In this document: positions 7,127 through 16,312 of the stretch, one piece after another
Layout: the number at the start of each line of letters is the position of its first letter
How positions within the stretch are numbered: the stretch's first letter is position 1
IMG/VR virus record: IMGVR_UViG_3300049172_000013
Location: 1-25,805 of that record
Length of the DNA stretch: 25,805 bases
Source of the DNA: a virus
Taxonomy: Duplodnaviria; Caudoviricetes
Direction: 5' to 3' (one strand)
The notes under the pieces: generated by a model
Told to the model about the DNA's origin: nothing
The model's database searches: none
Seen by the model: the letters and a program-made list of their open reading frames with translations, nothing else
Made by a program: the position numbers and the translations under genes

Positions 7127-7829
7127 ACGTCTTAGCTTCGGCTTGAACGAGGTCAAGGTTGAGCCTTCCGACGATGGGGAGATGAAATTCTCCGGGTACG
7201 GCGCCGTTTTTGGCAATGTTGACAGTTACGGCGACGTTATCGCCAAGGGCGCGTTTGCTGATACGCTTACCAAGTCAAAGTCTAGCGGAATTTGGCCGGC
7301 GATGCTTTCGCAGCACGGCGGCATGTTTGGCGAGGACTCGACGCCCATCGGTATTTACACCGAAATGCGCGAGGACGACGTTGGGCTGTGGGTGGAGGGC
7401 AAGCTTGCCGACACCGAACGGGGCCGCGAAGCATACGCGCTGCTAAAAATGCAGCCGCGGCCTGCCTATAACGGTCTGTCTATCGGCTTTCGCGCCAAGG
7501 AATGGGCAGTTCGTACCCAGCCCGAAGAGCCGCGCCGCACGCTTAAGGCCGTGGACCTGCTGGAGGTGTCGTTGGTAACGTTTCCGGCCAACTCCAAGGC
7601 GCGTGTTACGAGCGTAAAATCAGAGTTTAACCCCCGCGAAGCTGAAGATAGCCTGCGTGACGCAGGTTTGTCGCGGGCCGACAGCGTTAAAGCTGTCGCG
7701 GTCTTCAAGTCTCTACTGCATTGTGACGATGCAGAGCCGGATTCAGAGCCTCGGGATGAGGTTGCTGCGGCCGAACTGCGCTCTCTCGCTGAGCGCATCC
7801 GTAAACTAGCCGCGCCTCGCGCCGGCTGA
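7116..7829 (+). CDS. HK97-family prohead protease
   Basis: FSGYGAVFGNVDSYGD, MLSQH, GLSIGF, LLEVSLVTFPAN. Confidence 0.96.
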   Translation: MKIERLSFGLNEVKVEPSDDGEMKFSGYGAVFGNVDSYGDVIAKGAFADTLTKSKSSGIWPAMLSQHGGMFGEDSTPIGIYTEMREDDVGLWVEGKLADTERGREAYALLKMQPRPAYNGLSIGFRAKEWAVRTQPEEPRRTLKAVDLLEVSLVTFPANSKARVTSVKSEFNPREAEDSLRDAGLSRADSVKAVAVFKSLLHCDDAEPDSEPRDEVAAAELRSLAERIRKLAAPRAG

Positions 7830-7854
7830 TTATTTCATCCCGTTAGGAACTATT

Positions 7855-9153
7855 ATGACTGAAAAGACCGCTGTTGAGCAGGTCATGACCGCCTTTGAGG
7901 AATTCAAGGCGACCAATGACGCTGCGCTGGCCGAAATCAAGAAGAATGGCGTTGCTGACCCGGTCCTGACCGAGAAGCTCGCCAAGGTTGAAGCCTCGCT
8001 TGTTAAATTCGAGGACGCCAACCAGAAGGCGACTGCCGCCGCCCTTGAGGCCAAGGACGCCCTGGCCAAGGAAAAGGGTCATATCGACGAACTCGAGACC
8101 AAGCTTAACCGCCTGTCGCTCGCTGGTGCGTCGGATCCCGCGCAGCGCAAGGAAGAGCTTAAGTCCAAGGTCAATACCTGGGCTCGGGCCGTTGTTGGCG
8201 CCGCCACCGTTGGCATTCCGAACCTGACTGCCGAGCAGCAGAAGGCTCTTGCCGACGTCGCCGCGGAATACAAGGCGCTGTCTGTCGGCAACGACACGAC
8301 TGGTGGCTATCTCGCCCCGATGGAGTACGTCCGCGAGATCATCAAGGGCGTTACCGACGTCTCCCCGGCGCGCGCGCTTGCTCGCGTTCGCCAGACGGCG
8401 TCCAAGGCCATCATGATCCCGAAGCGCACCGGCCAGTTCGCCGCGCAGTGGGTTGCTGAGCAGGGCACCAAGGCGGAGACCGACGGCCTACGCTACGGCA
8501 TGTGGGAGATTCCCACCCATGAGCTATTTGCGCTGATCGATATTTCGAACCAGAACCTCGAAGACTCGGCCTTCAATCTTGAGTCTGAGATTTCGTTCGA
8601 GGCTACCGAGCAGTTTGCGGTTGCGGAGGGCGCTGCGTTCGTTTCGGGCAACGGCGTCGGCAAGCCCGAGGGCTTCCTCGCTGCGTCGGGTGTTCTCGGC
8701 AATAACTCCGGCACCGCGGCCACGATCGCTGACGCTGATGGCCAGGCCAACGGCCTTCTGACCCTGAAGTACGATCTCAAGACCGCGTATGCTCGCAATG
8801 CCACTTGGGCGCTGAACCGCACCACGCTCGGTTCGGTTAGGAAGCTCAAGGACGGCCAGAAAAACTATATCTGGATGCCGGGTATCAACGGCCAGCCGAA
8901 TACGATTGACGGCGACCCCTACGTTGAGGTTCCGGATATGCCGTCGGAGGCCGCTGGCACCACGCCGGTCGCTTACGGCGACTTCAAGCGCGCCTATACG
9001 CTGGTTGACCGCATTTCCATGGAGATGTTGCGCGATCCCTACACTCAGGCCACTTCGGGCAACATTCGGTTCATCTTCCGCCGCCGCCTTGGCGGTCAGG
9101 TTGTTCTGGCCGAGGCTATCCGCAAGCTTACCTGCGCAGTCATCACCCCGTAG
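7855..9153 (+). CDS. HK97-fold major capsid protein with N-terminal coiled-coil scaffold (delta) domain
   Basis: GGYLAP, WVAE, AFVSGNGVGKPEGFL, YGDFKRAY, RLGGQV; AGGA RBS. Confidence 0.96.
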   Translation: MTEKTAVEQVMTAFEEFKATNDAALAEIKKNGVADPVLTEKLAKVEASLVKFEDANQKATAAALEAKDALAKEKGHIDELETKLNRLSLAGASDPAQRKEELKSKVNTWARAVVGAATVGIPNLTAEQQKALADVAAEYKALSVGNDTTGGYLAPMEYVREIIKGVTDVSPARALARVRQTASKAIMIPKRTGQFAAQWVAEQGTKAETDGLRYGMWEIPTHELFALIDISNQNLEDSAFNLESEISFEATEQFAVAEGAAFVSGNGVGKPEGFLAASGVLGNNSGTAATIADADGQANGLLTLKYDLKTAYARNATWALNRTTLGSVRKLKDGQKNYIWMPGINGQPNTIDGDPYVEVPDMPSEAAGTTPVAYGDFKRAYTLVDRISMEMLRDPYTQATSGNIRFIFRRRLGGQVVLAEAIRKLTCAVITP

Positions 9154-9160
9154 TCCTGGC

Positions 9161-9186
9161 TAGGGGCGCTTCGGCGCCCCTATTTC
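9161..9186 (+). terminator. intrinsic terminator-like hairpin after the capsid gene
   Basis: TAGGGGCGC-TTCG-GCGCCCCTA followed by TTTCCTTC (weak U tract). Confidence 0.7.
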
Positions 9187-9212
9187 CTTCATAACTCATA
9201 GGAGAAAGCCAG

Positions 9213-9602
9213 ATGGCTTCGAAAGACCTTTATTCCAACATTGGCGTTTCGGTTACGGTTGTTCCAGCCGTTCTGACCGCTACCACCACGGGCACTGGCG
9301 TCGATCTCGCCGGCTTTGAGTCCGCCGCAGTGGTTATCAACACCGGCGCGATCGCGGGCGCGGGCGTGTTCAACGTGACTCTTGAGGAGTCCGATGCGTC
9401 AGGCTCCGGTTACGCTGCCGTTCCGGCCGCGAAGATCCAGGGCACGCTGCCGACACCGCTGGCGGCGTCTACCGCCTATAAGATCGGCTATCTTGGCGCG
9501 AAGCGGTACGTTCGCCCTGTCCTGACGCTGGCCTCCGGCACGTCGATTGTTGCCGGCGCCGTTGTCGTCAAGGGCAACGCTCGCGACAAGCCCGTCGCCT
9601 AA
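9213..9602 (+). CDS. putative capsid decoration / minor head protein
   Basis: AGGAG RBS; small Ala/Gly/Thr/Val-rich beta-type protein directly after the capsid gene. Confidence 0.6.
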   Translation: MASKDLYSNIGVSVTVVPAVLTATTTGTGVDLAGFESAAVVINTGAIAGAGVFNVTLEESDASGSGYAAVPAAKIQGTLPTPLAASTAYKIGYLGAKRYVRPVLTLASGTSIVAGAVVVKGNARDKPVA

Positions 9603-9817
9603 TGCATAAGGTTGTGAAGCCGTTCCCTTGTTCGTGGGACGGCTTCACGCTCATTGACCTGAGTGTTGGCGATGAGCGTGACTTCGGGTCGATGGCTGCT
9701 GGCCTAGTTGAGGCCGGTTACATCAGCGAAATACACACAATTACAGAGGCCGTGATCGACTTGGCGCCTGATGAGAAGCCAGATGTCGCGAAGCGCCCCT
9801 ACAAAAAGCGGGATTAG
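9602..9817 (+). CDS. small hypothetical head-region protein
   Basis: TAATG coupling; LVEAGYI motif and basic tail typical of small post-capsid ORFs. Confidence 0.7.
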   Translation: MHKVVKPFPCSWDGFTLIDLSVGDERDFGSMAAGLVEAGYISEIHTITEAVIDLAPDEKPDVAKRPYKKRD

Positions 9818-9819
9818 AG

Positions 9820-10380
9820 ATGACGCTTCGCCCATTGGATGATGCGACGGAAGTCGTCACGCTAGTGGACGCGAAGCGCCACCTCAAAGTAGATTTCGAC
9901 GAAGATAACGAATATATTACCTCTCTAATTCAAGCCGCATCCGTTTGGATTAACACTTGGCTGGGGCTATCCCTGGGCTCGCGTCAGTGGAGTTTGACGC
10001 TAGACAAGTTTCCGGAATCGCGGCTGTATTTGCCGGTTCCGGCGCTCTCGTCGGTTGAGTCCGTTGAATATACGGACGTTGACGGCGTGTCTCAGTCCTA
10101 CGCTGCCTTTCGGGTATTTGGTTTAGACGCAAAAGACCCTGGCTACATTTTACCGGCGGTGGGCGACCCTTGGCCGTTGATTAGCACAGAGCCGGAGTCG
10201 GTTATCGTAGAATTCACAGCCGGCGCGGCTGAAATTCCTGCGAGCATCCGCCATGCCGTCTTGTTGCTGGTGGGAGGTTGGTATTGGAACCGCGAATCCG
10301 TTTCTGACAAGCCGGTGGGCGCCGTGCCGTTTGGCGTCGACGCTCTGCTGTTGCCTCACCGCAATTGGAGCACCGGCTGA
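9820..10380 (+). CDS. head-tail connector (HK97 gp6-like)
   Basis: VTLVDAKRHLKVD...IRHAVLLLVGGWYWNRE...VDALL. Confidence 0.92.
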   Translation: MTLRPLDDATEVVTLVDAKRHLKVDFDEDNEYITSLIQAASVWINTWLGLSLGSRQWSLTLDKFPESRLYLPVPALSSVESVEYTDVDGVSQSYAAFRVFGLDAKDPGYILPAVGDPWPLISTEPESVIVEFTAGAAEIPASIRHAVLLLVGGWYWNRESVSDKPVGAVPFGVDALLLPHRNWSTG

Positions 10381-10733
10381 TGCTACCCGCTGGCAAACGC
10401 AACAACCGCGCGCGGTTTGAACGCCGTGTGCCCGGCGCTGATGACGGTTATGGCAACACGCTTCCCGATGAGTGGACGCCGCTAACGACCGTATGGGCCG
10501 GATTTCGGCCCAAGTTTGGGCGCGAGCAACTGGCGGCGGGGCGGCTCGAGAGCACGCTTCAAGGAACGCTTACCGTGCTGCGTTCCGCCAGCACCGCGGG
10601 CGTGACGGCGGCCGATCGCGTCGTGTTTGCGTCGGGGCCGTATGCGGGCAAGGTCTGCAACATCCGTTCGATTATCCCGACGCCTGACAATTCTGAATTT
10701 GAAATGCTGCTGGAGGAAGGCGTCGCGACCTAG
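10380..10733 (+). CDS. head closure / head-tail adaptor (SPP1 gp16-like)
   Basis: AGKRNNRARFERR...DDGYGN...W...VWA; TGATG coupling at 10380. Confidence 0.88.
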   Translation: MLPAGKRNNRARFERRVPGADDGYGNTLPDEWTPLTTVWAGFRPKFGREQLAAGRLESTLQGTLTVLRSASTAGVTAADRVVFASGPYAGKVCNIRSIIPTPDNSEFEMLLEEGVAT

Positions 10734-10773
10734 CGCGCCTGCCCGTACACGCACCCGCAACGAAAGCTCCTAA

Positions 10774-11271
10774 ATGGCCCTCGAAACTGTTATCTCGGCC
10801 TCCGTTAAGGCGGTCGAAACCAACCCGCTTGACCTTGCTACGGCCAATGCGGCCGTGTCGCTGGTTGTGTCCACGGCGCTTGCCAATGGCACGGGCGCCA
10901 ACCAGGCGTCTAAGATTTTCAGCGACACGCGCTCCATTGCGCTTTCCGCGAACGAAGACCTTGATCTGGCGGGCTCGCTTACGTCGAATTTCGGCGCAAC
11001 GCTCACGTTCGCCACAGTCAAGGCGATCTTGATCCGCGCCAAGGCCACGAACACCAACAACGTCGTTGTCGGGCCTGCCGCCGTGACTGGCTTCCTTGGC
11101 CCGTTCGCCGACGCTGCAGACCGCGTCGCGATCAAGCCAGGCGGCACGTTCCTTGTGACTGCACCCGGCGTCGGCTGGACGGTTGGCGCCGGATCCGCGG
11201 ACCTGTTCAACGTCGCCAACAGCGGCGCGGGCTCGGCTGTCGAGTACGACGTCGTTATTGTCGGCACGTAA
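10774..11271 (+). CDS. putative virion structural protein of unknown function
   Basis: 165 aa, Ala/Gly/Thr/Val-rich beta-type sequence within the neck module. Confidence 0.7.
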   Translation: MALETVISASVKAVETNPLDLATANAAVSLVVSTALANGTGANQASKIFSDTRSIALSANEDLDLAGSLTSNFGATLTFATVKAILIRAKATNTNNVVVGPAAVTGFLGPFADAADRVAIKPGGTFLVTAPGVGWTVGAGSADLFNVANSGAGSAVEYDVVIVGT

Positions 11272-11282
11272 CGGCGCACGTC

Positions 11283-11516
11283 ATGCCCGTCGTAACCTTC
11301 ACAGCCGATTTCGACTTTTATCCGCCGCAGCTTAATGGCCGGTGGATGCGAGCCTACAAGCAGGGCATGACGGCGCTGGTAACAACGCCCTGCGCCGCGG
11401 CGGCCATAGCTGCTGGCAAGGCAGCGATTGCGAGAGACAATGGCGAAGGTAACGGGCAGGGAATCGCTGCTGGCCAAAATGGCGCGCATGCCTCCGGCGG
11501 TGCGCTCGGCAATTAA
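11283..11516 (+). CDS. small hypothetical neck-region protein
   Basis: MPVVTFTADFDFYP...AYKQG...CAAAAIAAGKA; 3' end overlaps the next gene. Confidence 0.6.
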   Translation: MPVVTFTADFDFYPPQLNGRWMRAYKQGMTALVTTPCAAAAIAAGKAAIARDNGEGNGQGIAAGQNGAHASGGALGN

Positions 11517-11907
11517 GCAGGCTCTCGCGCAAGGTGCGGACGAAGTCACGGCCGACATGAAGCGACTCGCGCCCACGAAGACGGGCGCGCTGCGGGACTC
11601 CATCAAGCAGACGTGGGGCGGCGGCCGGGTGCGGTACTCGAGCCTCGGAGGCAATGCCGCGGATGCCGGAGACCCGGACCTTAGTGTGCGGATTAGCGCA
11701 GGTAACAGCGCGGTTCGTTACGCCCATCTCGTGGAATTTGGTAGCGCACCGCATCTAAACGGCGGCCTTTTCGAAGGCACGCAGCACCCGGGCACGGCAG
11801 CGCAGCCATTCTTCTTCCCCGCCTTTCGAGCAGGCCGCAGGCGCGTTCGCTCCCGCATGTCCCGCGCCGCCAGCAAGGCGCTTAAGCAGGCCGCCGGCGG
11901 CGGCTAA
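11440..11907 (+). CDS. HK97 gp10-family tail completion / morphogenesis protein
   Basis: APTKTGALRDSI, YAHLVEFG, AQPFFFPA. Confidence 0.92.
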   Translation: MAKVTGRESLLAKMARMPPAVRSAIKQALAQGADEVTADMKRLAPTKTGALRDSIKQTWGGGRVRYSSLGGNAADAGDPDLSVRISAGNSAVRYAHLVEFGSAPHLNGGLFEGTQHPGTAAQPFFFPAFRAGRRRVRSRMSRAASKALKQAAGGG

Positions 11908-11927
11908 CACCGCACGGGCACCATCGC

Positions 11928-12332
11928 ATGTCAGACGCATCTCTACCGCTACAGGCCGCCGTTGTGGCCGCGCTGAAGGCGTCCCTGCCGCTTGCCGCGC
12001 TGGTTGGAACTAAGATCTACGATCGCGTCCCTGACGCCACTGCAGCGCCCTACGTCAAGCTGTCCGGCTGGCAGGAAATCAACGACGACACGGATTGCTC
12101 CGATTCGTCGGAAGTATTCTTCGACGTGCAGTGCTACTCAACCGCGGTAGGACGCCCGCAGGTCGCCAACATCGCGAGCGCAGTCAAGGCGGCGCTGAAT
12201 AAACTAGAGCCTTCTGTTACGGGCTTCTCGGGCACACAAATACTTCACCGATCCACCCTCTATTTTTACGAAGCGGACGGCACCACAGAGCGCGCCGTCG
12301 TGAACTTTCACGCGCTGATCGACAGCAACTAA
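11928..12332 (+). CDS. tail terminator protein (DUF3168-like)
   Basis: LQAAVVAAL...KIYDRVP...PYV; position before the tube gene. Confidence 0.88.
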   Translation: MSDASLPLQAAVVAALKASLPLAALVGTKIYDRVPDATAAPYVKLSGWQEINDDTDCSDSSEVFFDVQCYSTAVGRPQVANIASAVKAALNKLEPSVTGFSGTQILHRSTLYFYEADGTTERAVVNFHALIDSN

Positions 12333-12369
12333 CCGCGGCCCGGCCGTATCTCACCCTTGCATGACGCAC

Positions 12370-12391
12370 CGCCCAAAGAGGGCGTTTTTTT
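12370..12391 (+). terminator. intrinsic terminator-like hairpin before the tail tube gene
   Basis: CGCCC-AAAGA-GGGCG followed by T7. Confidence 0.6.
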
Positions 12392-12404
12392 ATGGGAAAT
12401 TACC

Positions 12405-12848
12405 ATGGCCCAGGCCGAAACCTTCCGCTTTTCTGGACTTCGTGTGCTGCTCGGCGACGGCGAAACTGTCGAGACGTTCGCCACCCCGTGCGGCTTCACC
12501 GAGCGCTCCATTTCGTTCTCAAAGGAGCTTGGCGAGTCTAACGTTCCTGATTGTGACAACGAGGACGGTGCCTCGTGGATTGAGCGCGACGTCGTGTCCA
12601 AGTCCGCGACCATCTCCGGCACGGGCATGCTTGACGCAGGCGCCCTTGCTACGTGGCAGGACTTTTGGGACACCGACGCCAGCCGCAACGCCCGCGTTGA
12701 ACTGTGGCGCAACAACGTGAAGACGGGCCATTGGGCCGGCGCCTTCCACATGGAAGCGTTTGAGAACACCGGCACCAAGGGCGAGCGCGTTGCCATTCAG
12801 GTCACGATGCAGAGCGACGGCGCCGTGAATTGGGTTGCCGGGGCGTAA
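12405..12848 (+). CDS. major tail tube protein
   Basis: LLGDGETVETFATPCGF...VPDC...W...SATISGTG...SDG; start ATG 12405. Confidence 0.9.
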   Translation: MAQAETFRFSGLRVLLGDGETVETFATPCGFTERSISFSKELGESNVPDCDNEDGASWIERDVVSKSATISGTGMLDAGALATWQDFWDTDASRNARVELWRNNVKTGHWAGAFHMEAFENTGTKGERVAIQVTMQSDGAVNWVAGA

Positions 12849-13285
12849 TGTCTGGCGCTGAAAATCGCAACGGCGTCGTCGAGTTCGATTTCGGCGACGC
12901 GCCGCACAGGTTCCGCCTGGCGCTCGGAGAACTCGAGGAGCTGCAGGAGAAGACGGGCGTCGGCCCGTTTCGTTTGCTCAATAAGCTCATCGGCGACGAA
13001 TGGAGCACGCATGACGTGCGCGAGACGCTGCGGCTAGGGCTCGTTGGCGGCGGCATGAAGCCCACTGACGCGCTTACGCTTATCAGGCGCTACGTCGACA
13101 AGCGGCCGGACTGGATCGCCAACGCGATGGCCGCCAAGGTTGTCATAATGGCCGCTATTACCGGCGCGCCGGAAGAGCAGCCGGGAAAAAGCGCCGCGCC
13201 GGAGGCCGAGAAGGAGGCGTCGAACTTCCAGACGGACGCCTTGCCTTCGGCGAATTCTACGGAGCCGCCGGCGCAGTCGGAATAG
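12848..13285 (+). CDS. tail assembly chaperone (gpG analogue, GTA-gp10-like)
   Basis: FRLALGELEELQEKTGVGP, DVRETLRLGLVGGG; between tube and tape measure genes. Confidence 0.88.
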   Translation: MSGAENRNGVVEFDFGDAPHRFRLALGELEELQEKTGVGPFRLLNKLIGDEWSTHDVRETLRLGLVGGGMKPTDALTLIRRYVDKRPDWIANAMAAKVVIMAAITGAPEEQPGKSAAPEAEKEASNFQTDALPSANSTEPPAQSE

Positions 13286-13431
13286 CCATCAGCGATATGC
13301 GCAGCATGACGTGGTGGCAATTCAACGAGACGGTCGACGGCTGGACGAACGCCAATAGTCCGAACAAGGACGAGGGGCTGTCCGAGATTGAAGAGCGGGG
13401 GCTGGCGGCTATTCTAGACGCCCCGATTTAG
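13183..13431 (+). CDS. -1 frameshift extension of the tail chaperone (gpGT analogue)
   Basis: Slippery G GGA AAA at 13183-89; -1 frame reads KRRAGG...FGEFYGAAGAVG...MRSMTWWQF...GWTNAN...DAPI to TAG 13429-31. Confidence 0.8.
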   Translation, partial: GKKRRAGGREGGVELPDGRLAFGEFYGAAGAVGIAISDMRSMTWWQFNETVDGWTNANSPNKDEGLSEIEERGLAAILDAPI

Positions 13432-13733
13432 TCGATAGCTTCGGCCACATAGCATTTGGCGGACGCAATACCACTCTCCCGAACGGCAGATGCCTTACCG
13501 TATCTAGCCGTTTGGGGGTGTAGGTTCTGAACGTGAGCGGTAATAACGTCCAATGCACGTCCGCCAGCGTCTAGAAATGCGCACTCAACAAAAACAGACT
13601 TGAACGAGTCTGTGCTGTCGTTGTTGAGCTTGAATACAGCGCTGACGATACCTCTGTCCCGCTCAACGCTCTGCATCTCAACATCAATATTTAATGTCGC
13701 GGCGCTCGCTGCGGCCAATATGATTTTAAGCAC
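13428..13733 (-). CDS. small exported moron protein (FxLYD-like Ig fold)
   Basis: GTG start with GGAG RBS; short signal-like N-terminus MLKIILAAASAA; N...VECAFLDAGGRAL...NL motif; two Cys. Confidence 0.65.
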   Translation of the reverse strand: MLKIILAAASAATLNIDVEMQSVERDRGIVSAVFKLNNDSTDSFKSVFVECAFLDAGGRALDVITAHVQNLHPQTARYGKASAVRESGIASAKCYVAEAID

Positions 13734-13749
13734 GTAAGGCGCTCCACAA

Positions 13750-15927
13750 ATGGTCACTGAAGTCGAGCGTATGTCGGTCGTTTTCGAGGCCAGTGTCAAG
13801 AGGTTTGAGAATACAATCAATAGGCAGAATTCTCAATTCAAAAAGACAATGAAGGAAATCGAACAGAGCGCTTCCAAAATGGAAGCTTCTGTTGCCAATT
13901 CTTTTGCTGGCCTCGGCAAGCGCATGGGCGCTGCTTTTGCAGGCATCTCGGCCGGCGTCATTCTTAACGATCTGCGCAAGACCGCAGACGAATACACCCG
14001 CATTATGAATTCGCTGAGCGTGGCTGGCGTCAGCAACGCCAACATGTCCAGCACGTTCGATCAGCTATTTGCTTCGGCGCAGCGCAACGCCGTCCCGCTG
14101 GAGACGTTGGCGCAGCTATACGGCCGCGTCAGCCAAGCGCAAAGCACGCTGAAGGCGTCATCTGCCGAGATTATGCAGGTTACGGACATCGTGGCGCAGT
14201 CGCTGCGCGTGTCCGGCCAGAGCGCGGAATCGGCTCAGGGCGCGCTGCTTCAGCTCGCACAAGCATTCAGCAACGGCAAGGTCCAGGCAGAGGAATACAA
14301 CTCCCTGCTTGACGGCGCGTATCCTCTCCTGCAGGCGGCGGCGGCGGGATTGAAGGAAACTGGCGGCGATGTCGCTAAGCTCACCGCCCTCGTCAAGGAC
14401 GGCAAGGTTTCATCGGAGGCGTTCTTCCGCGCTATTCAGGCGGGAGCCCCGCTGCTTCAGGACAAGCTGGCTGGGGCCACGCTTACGTCCGCGCAGGCGA
14501 TGACGCAGCTCCAAAACGAGCTAATAAAGGCGGTCGGCGAGTTCGACAAAGCGACGGGTGCGTCCGCAGCACTGGCCGGTGGGATTAATAGTCTGGCTGG
14601 CAGCATTGCCGGCATTGGGCAGGCGGCTACGAATGCCGTTCTCGGCGTGCAGGCGCTCGTCAACAAGGTCGGCGAACTCGCCAAGGCAAACGCGGGCGCG
14701 CAGCGGGCGCAGGCTCTAACCTACCAGGAAGAGCGCGCCCAGCGTACAGCAGCGGCCCGCGAGATGGCGCTGGGCAACTCCGGCGGACGAGCTGCTGTTG
14801 CGAGCGAGCGCGCTACGGCGGATGCGGCGGCAACGGCGGCGCTCCGCAAGGCTACAGCAGACTTTCGCGCGTCCGAAATCGACTTCGCCAATAAGCAGGT
14901 AACGGCCCCGCTGCCGCCGAGCCGTCCGGGTGGCGTTGCCGGCGGCGGCATCAAACCTGTTTCCCTCGCGGACTTCGCGGTCCCTGGCGGGGATGACAAG
15001 GCCGCCGGCGCGGCGTCCAAGGAGAAACTGGACTCCTACGAAAAGGAGCTTGTCGCTATCGGCAAGCGGACTGCAGCGCTCAATTTGGAGGCGGAAAGTG
15101 TCGGCAAATCGACGTTTGAGCGCGCCAAGGCCGTAGCCGCGCTGGATCTCGAGACCGCGGCGAAGAAGGCCAACATTCCGGTCACGGAGGAGATGCGCCG
15201 TAAGATTGACGAGGCGTCGACAGGCTACGCCAACGCTAAGGTTCGCGTTGAGGAAGTCACCAAGGCGCTAGAAGCCGCCCAAGACGCTCAAAAGTTCTTC
15301 GGCGATGCTGCCGCTGATGCTCTGGAAGACATCATCATCAACGGCGAAAAGGCCGAGGACGTTGTCAAGAACCTGGCCAAAAGCCTAGCCAAAGCGGCGC
15401 TACAGGCGGCGCTGATGGGCTCCGGCCCGCTGGCTGGCATCTTTGGCACGGGCGGCACGGGCGGCAATGCGGGCGGCATTTTTGGCATGCTCGGGGGGCT
15501 GTTCAAGCCGACCGTAGCGGCTGCCAGCGGCGGCTACATCTCCGGACCCGGCTCCGGTCGGTCTGACTCAATCCCTGCGCGTCTGTCCAATGGCGAATAC
15601 GTAGTCAACGCGGCGGCCACGAAGAAGAACCGGGCGCTGCTTGAAGCCATCAACTCCGGCCAGGGGCTCGCGCTCGCCTCCGGCGGCTACGTCGGCCCGC
15701 CCTCCATTCCCCGCGGCATTCGCGGGGGCGGTGGCCCGGCCAAAATCATCGTCAACAACACCGTGTCCGATCAGGTGCAGGCAACGCCGCAGCAGTCTCC
15801 GAACGGCGACCTGACGGTGATGATTAGCGCCATCGAGGCGCGCATTGCGGACAACGTCGTCCGCGGGCAGGGCGCGCTCGCGCCGGCGCTTAGCGCCAGG
15901 CAAACCGGCCGGCACCTTCGGGGGTAA
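13750..15927 (+). CDS. tape measure protein
   Basis: 725 aa Ala-rich helical; N-terminal ALLQLAQA...AEEYNSLL domain; C-terminal ASGGYISGPGSGRSDSIPARLSNGEYV. Confidence 0.94.
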   Translation: MVTEVERMSVVFEASVKRFENTINRQNSQFKKTMKEIEQSASKMEASVANSFAGLGKRMGAAFAGISAGVILNDLRKTADEYTRIMNSLSVAGVSNANMSSTFDQLFASAQRNAVPLETLAQLYGRVSQAQSTLKASSAEIMQVTDIVAQSLRVSGQSAESAQGALLQLAQAFSNGKVQAEEYNSLLDGAYPLLQAAAAGLKETGGDVAKLTALVKDGKVSSEAFFRAIQAGAPLLQDKLAGATLTSAQAMTQLQNELIKAVGEFDKATGASAALAGGINSLAGSIAGIGQAATNAVLGVQALVNKVGELAKANAGAQRAQALTYQEERAQRTAAAREMALGNSGGRAAVASERATADAAATAALRKATADFRASEIDFANKQVTAPLPPSRPGGVAGGGIKPVSLADFAVPGGDDKAAGAASKEKLDSYEKELVAIGKRTAALNLEAESVGKSTFERAKAVAALDLETAAKKANIPVTEEMRRKIDEASTGYANAKVRVEEVTKALEAAQDAQKFFGDAAADALEDIIINGEKAEDVVKNLAKSLAKAALQAALMGSGPLAGIFGTGGTGGNAGGIFGMLGGLFKPTVAAASGGYISGPGSGRSDSIPARLSNGEYVVNAAATKKNRALLEAINSGQGLALASGGYVGPPSIPRGIRGGGGPAKIIVNNTVSDQVQATPQQSPNGDLTVMISAIEARIADNVVRGQGALAPALSARQTGRHLRG

Positions 15928-15931
15928 GAAC

Positions 15932-16309
15932 ATGACAGTTGCAGTTTGGCCGTCACTGGTGCCGTTCGCGTCGCCGGTCGACGGCGTCGCGCCGCAGCAG
16001 TCCTATGTTGCGCCGCTGATTAGTGAGACGTCGGGCGGGCCGCCGATTATGCGGCCACGCCCGGGTCCGCGCGCTACGGAATATCCCTGGCAGAGCAAGT
16101 TGCTGACGCTTCCCGAGTGGGAGGCATTTGAACAGTTTGCGCGAACAACGCTCAGGCAGGGAACTCTCCCGTTCTCGATGCCTATTTGGCGGCCGAATGG
16201 CTGCTATTTAGAGCGTATTTGCCAGATCAAAGACGGCAATTGGCAATCTGATTTCTCTCGCGCGCCCAAGGTGCGTGTGTCCTTTACTTTAGTCGTTTAC
16301 AATTGGTGA
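15932..16309 (+). CDS. distal tail protein (Dit / gpM position)
   Basis: MTVAVWPS..., follows tape measure; start ATG 15932. Confidence 0.7.
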   Translation: MTVAVWPSLVPFASPVDGVAPQQSYVAPLISETSGGPPIMRPRPGPRATEYPWQSKLLTLPEWEAFEQFARTTLRQGTLPFSMPIWRPNGCYLERICQIKDGNWQSDFSRAPKVRVSFTLVVYNW

Positions 16310-16312
16310 TGA

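Noticed and set aside
10770-11654. 294-aa minus-strand ORF and other long antisense ORFs over structural genes
   Set aside because: Typical shadow ORFs of GC-rich coding DNA; no motifs
5888-15927. Gene transfer agent cluster
   Set aside because: Some genes are GTA-like, but HNH/cos-type packaging, a long tape measure, a tRNA and accessory genes indicate a true phage
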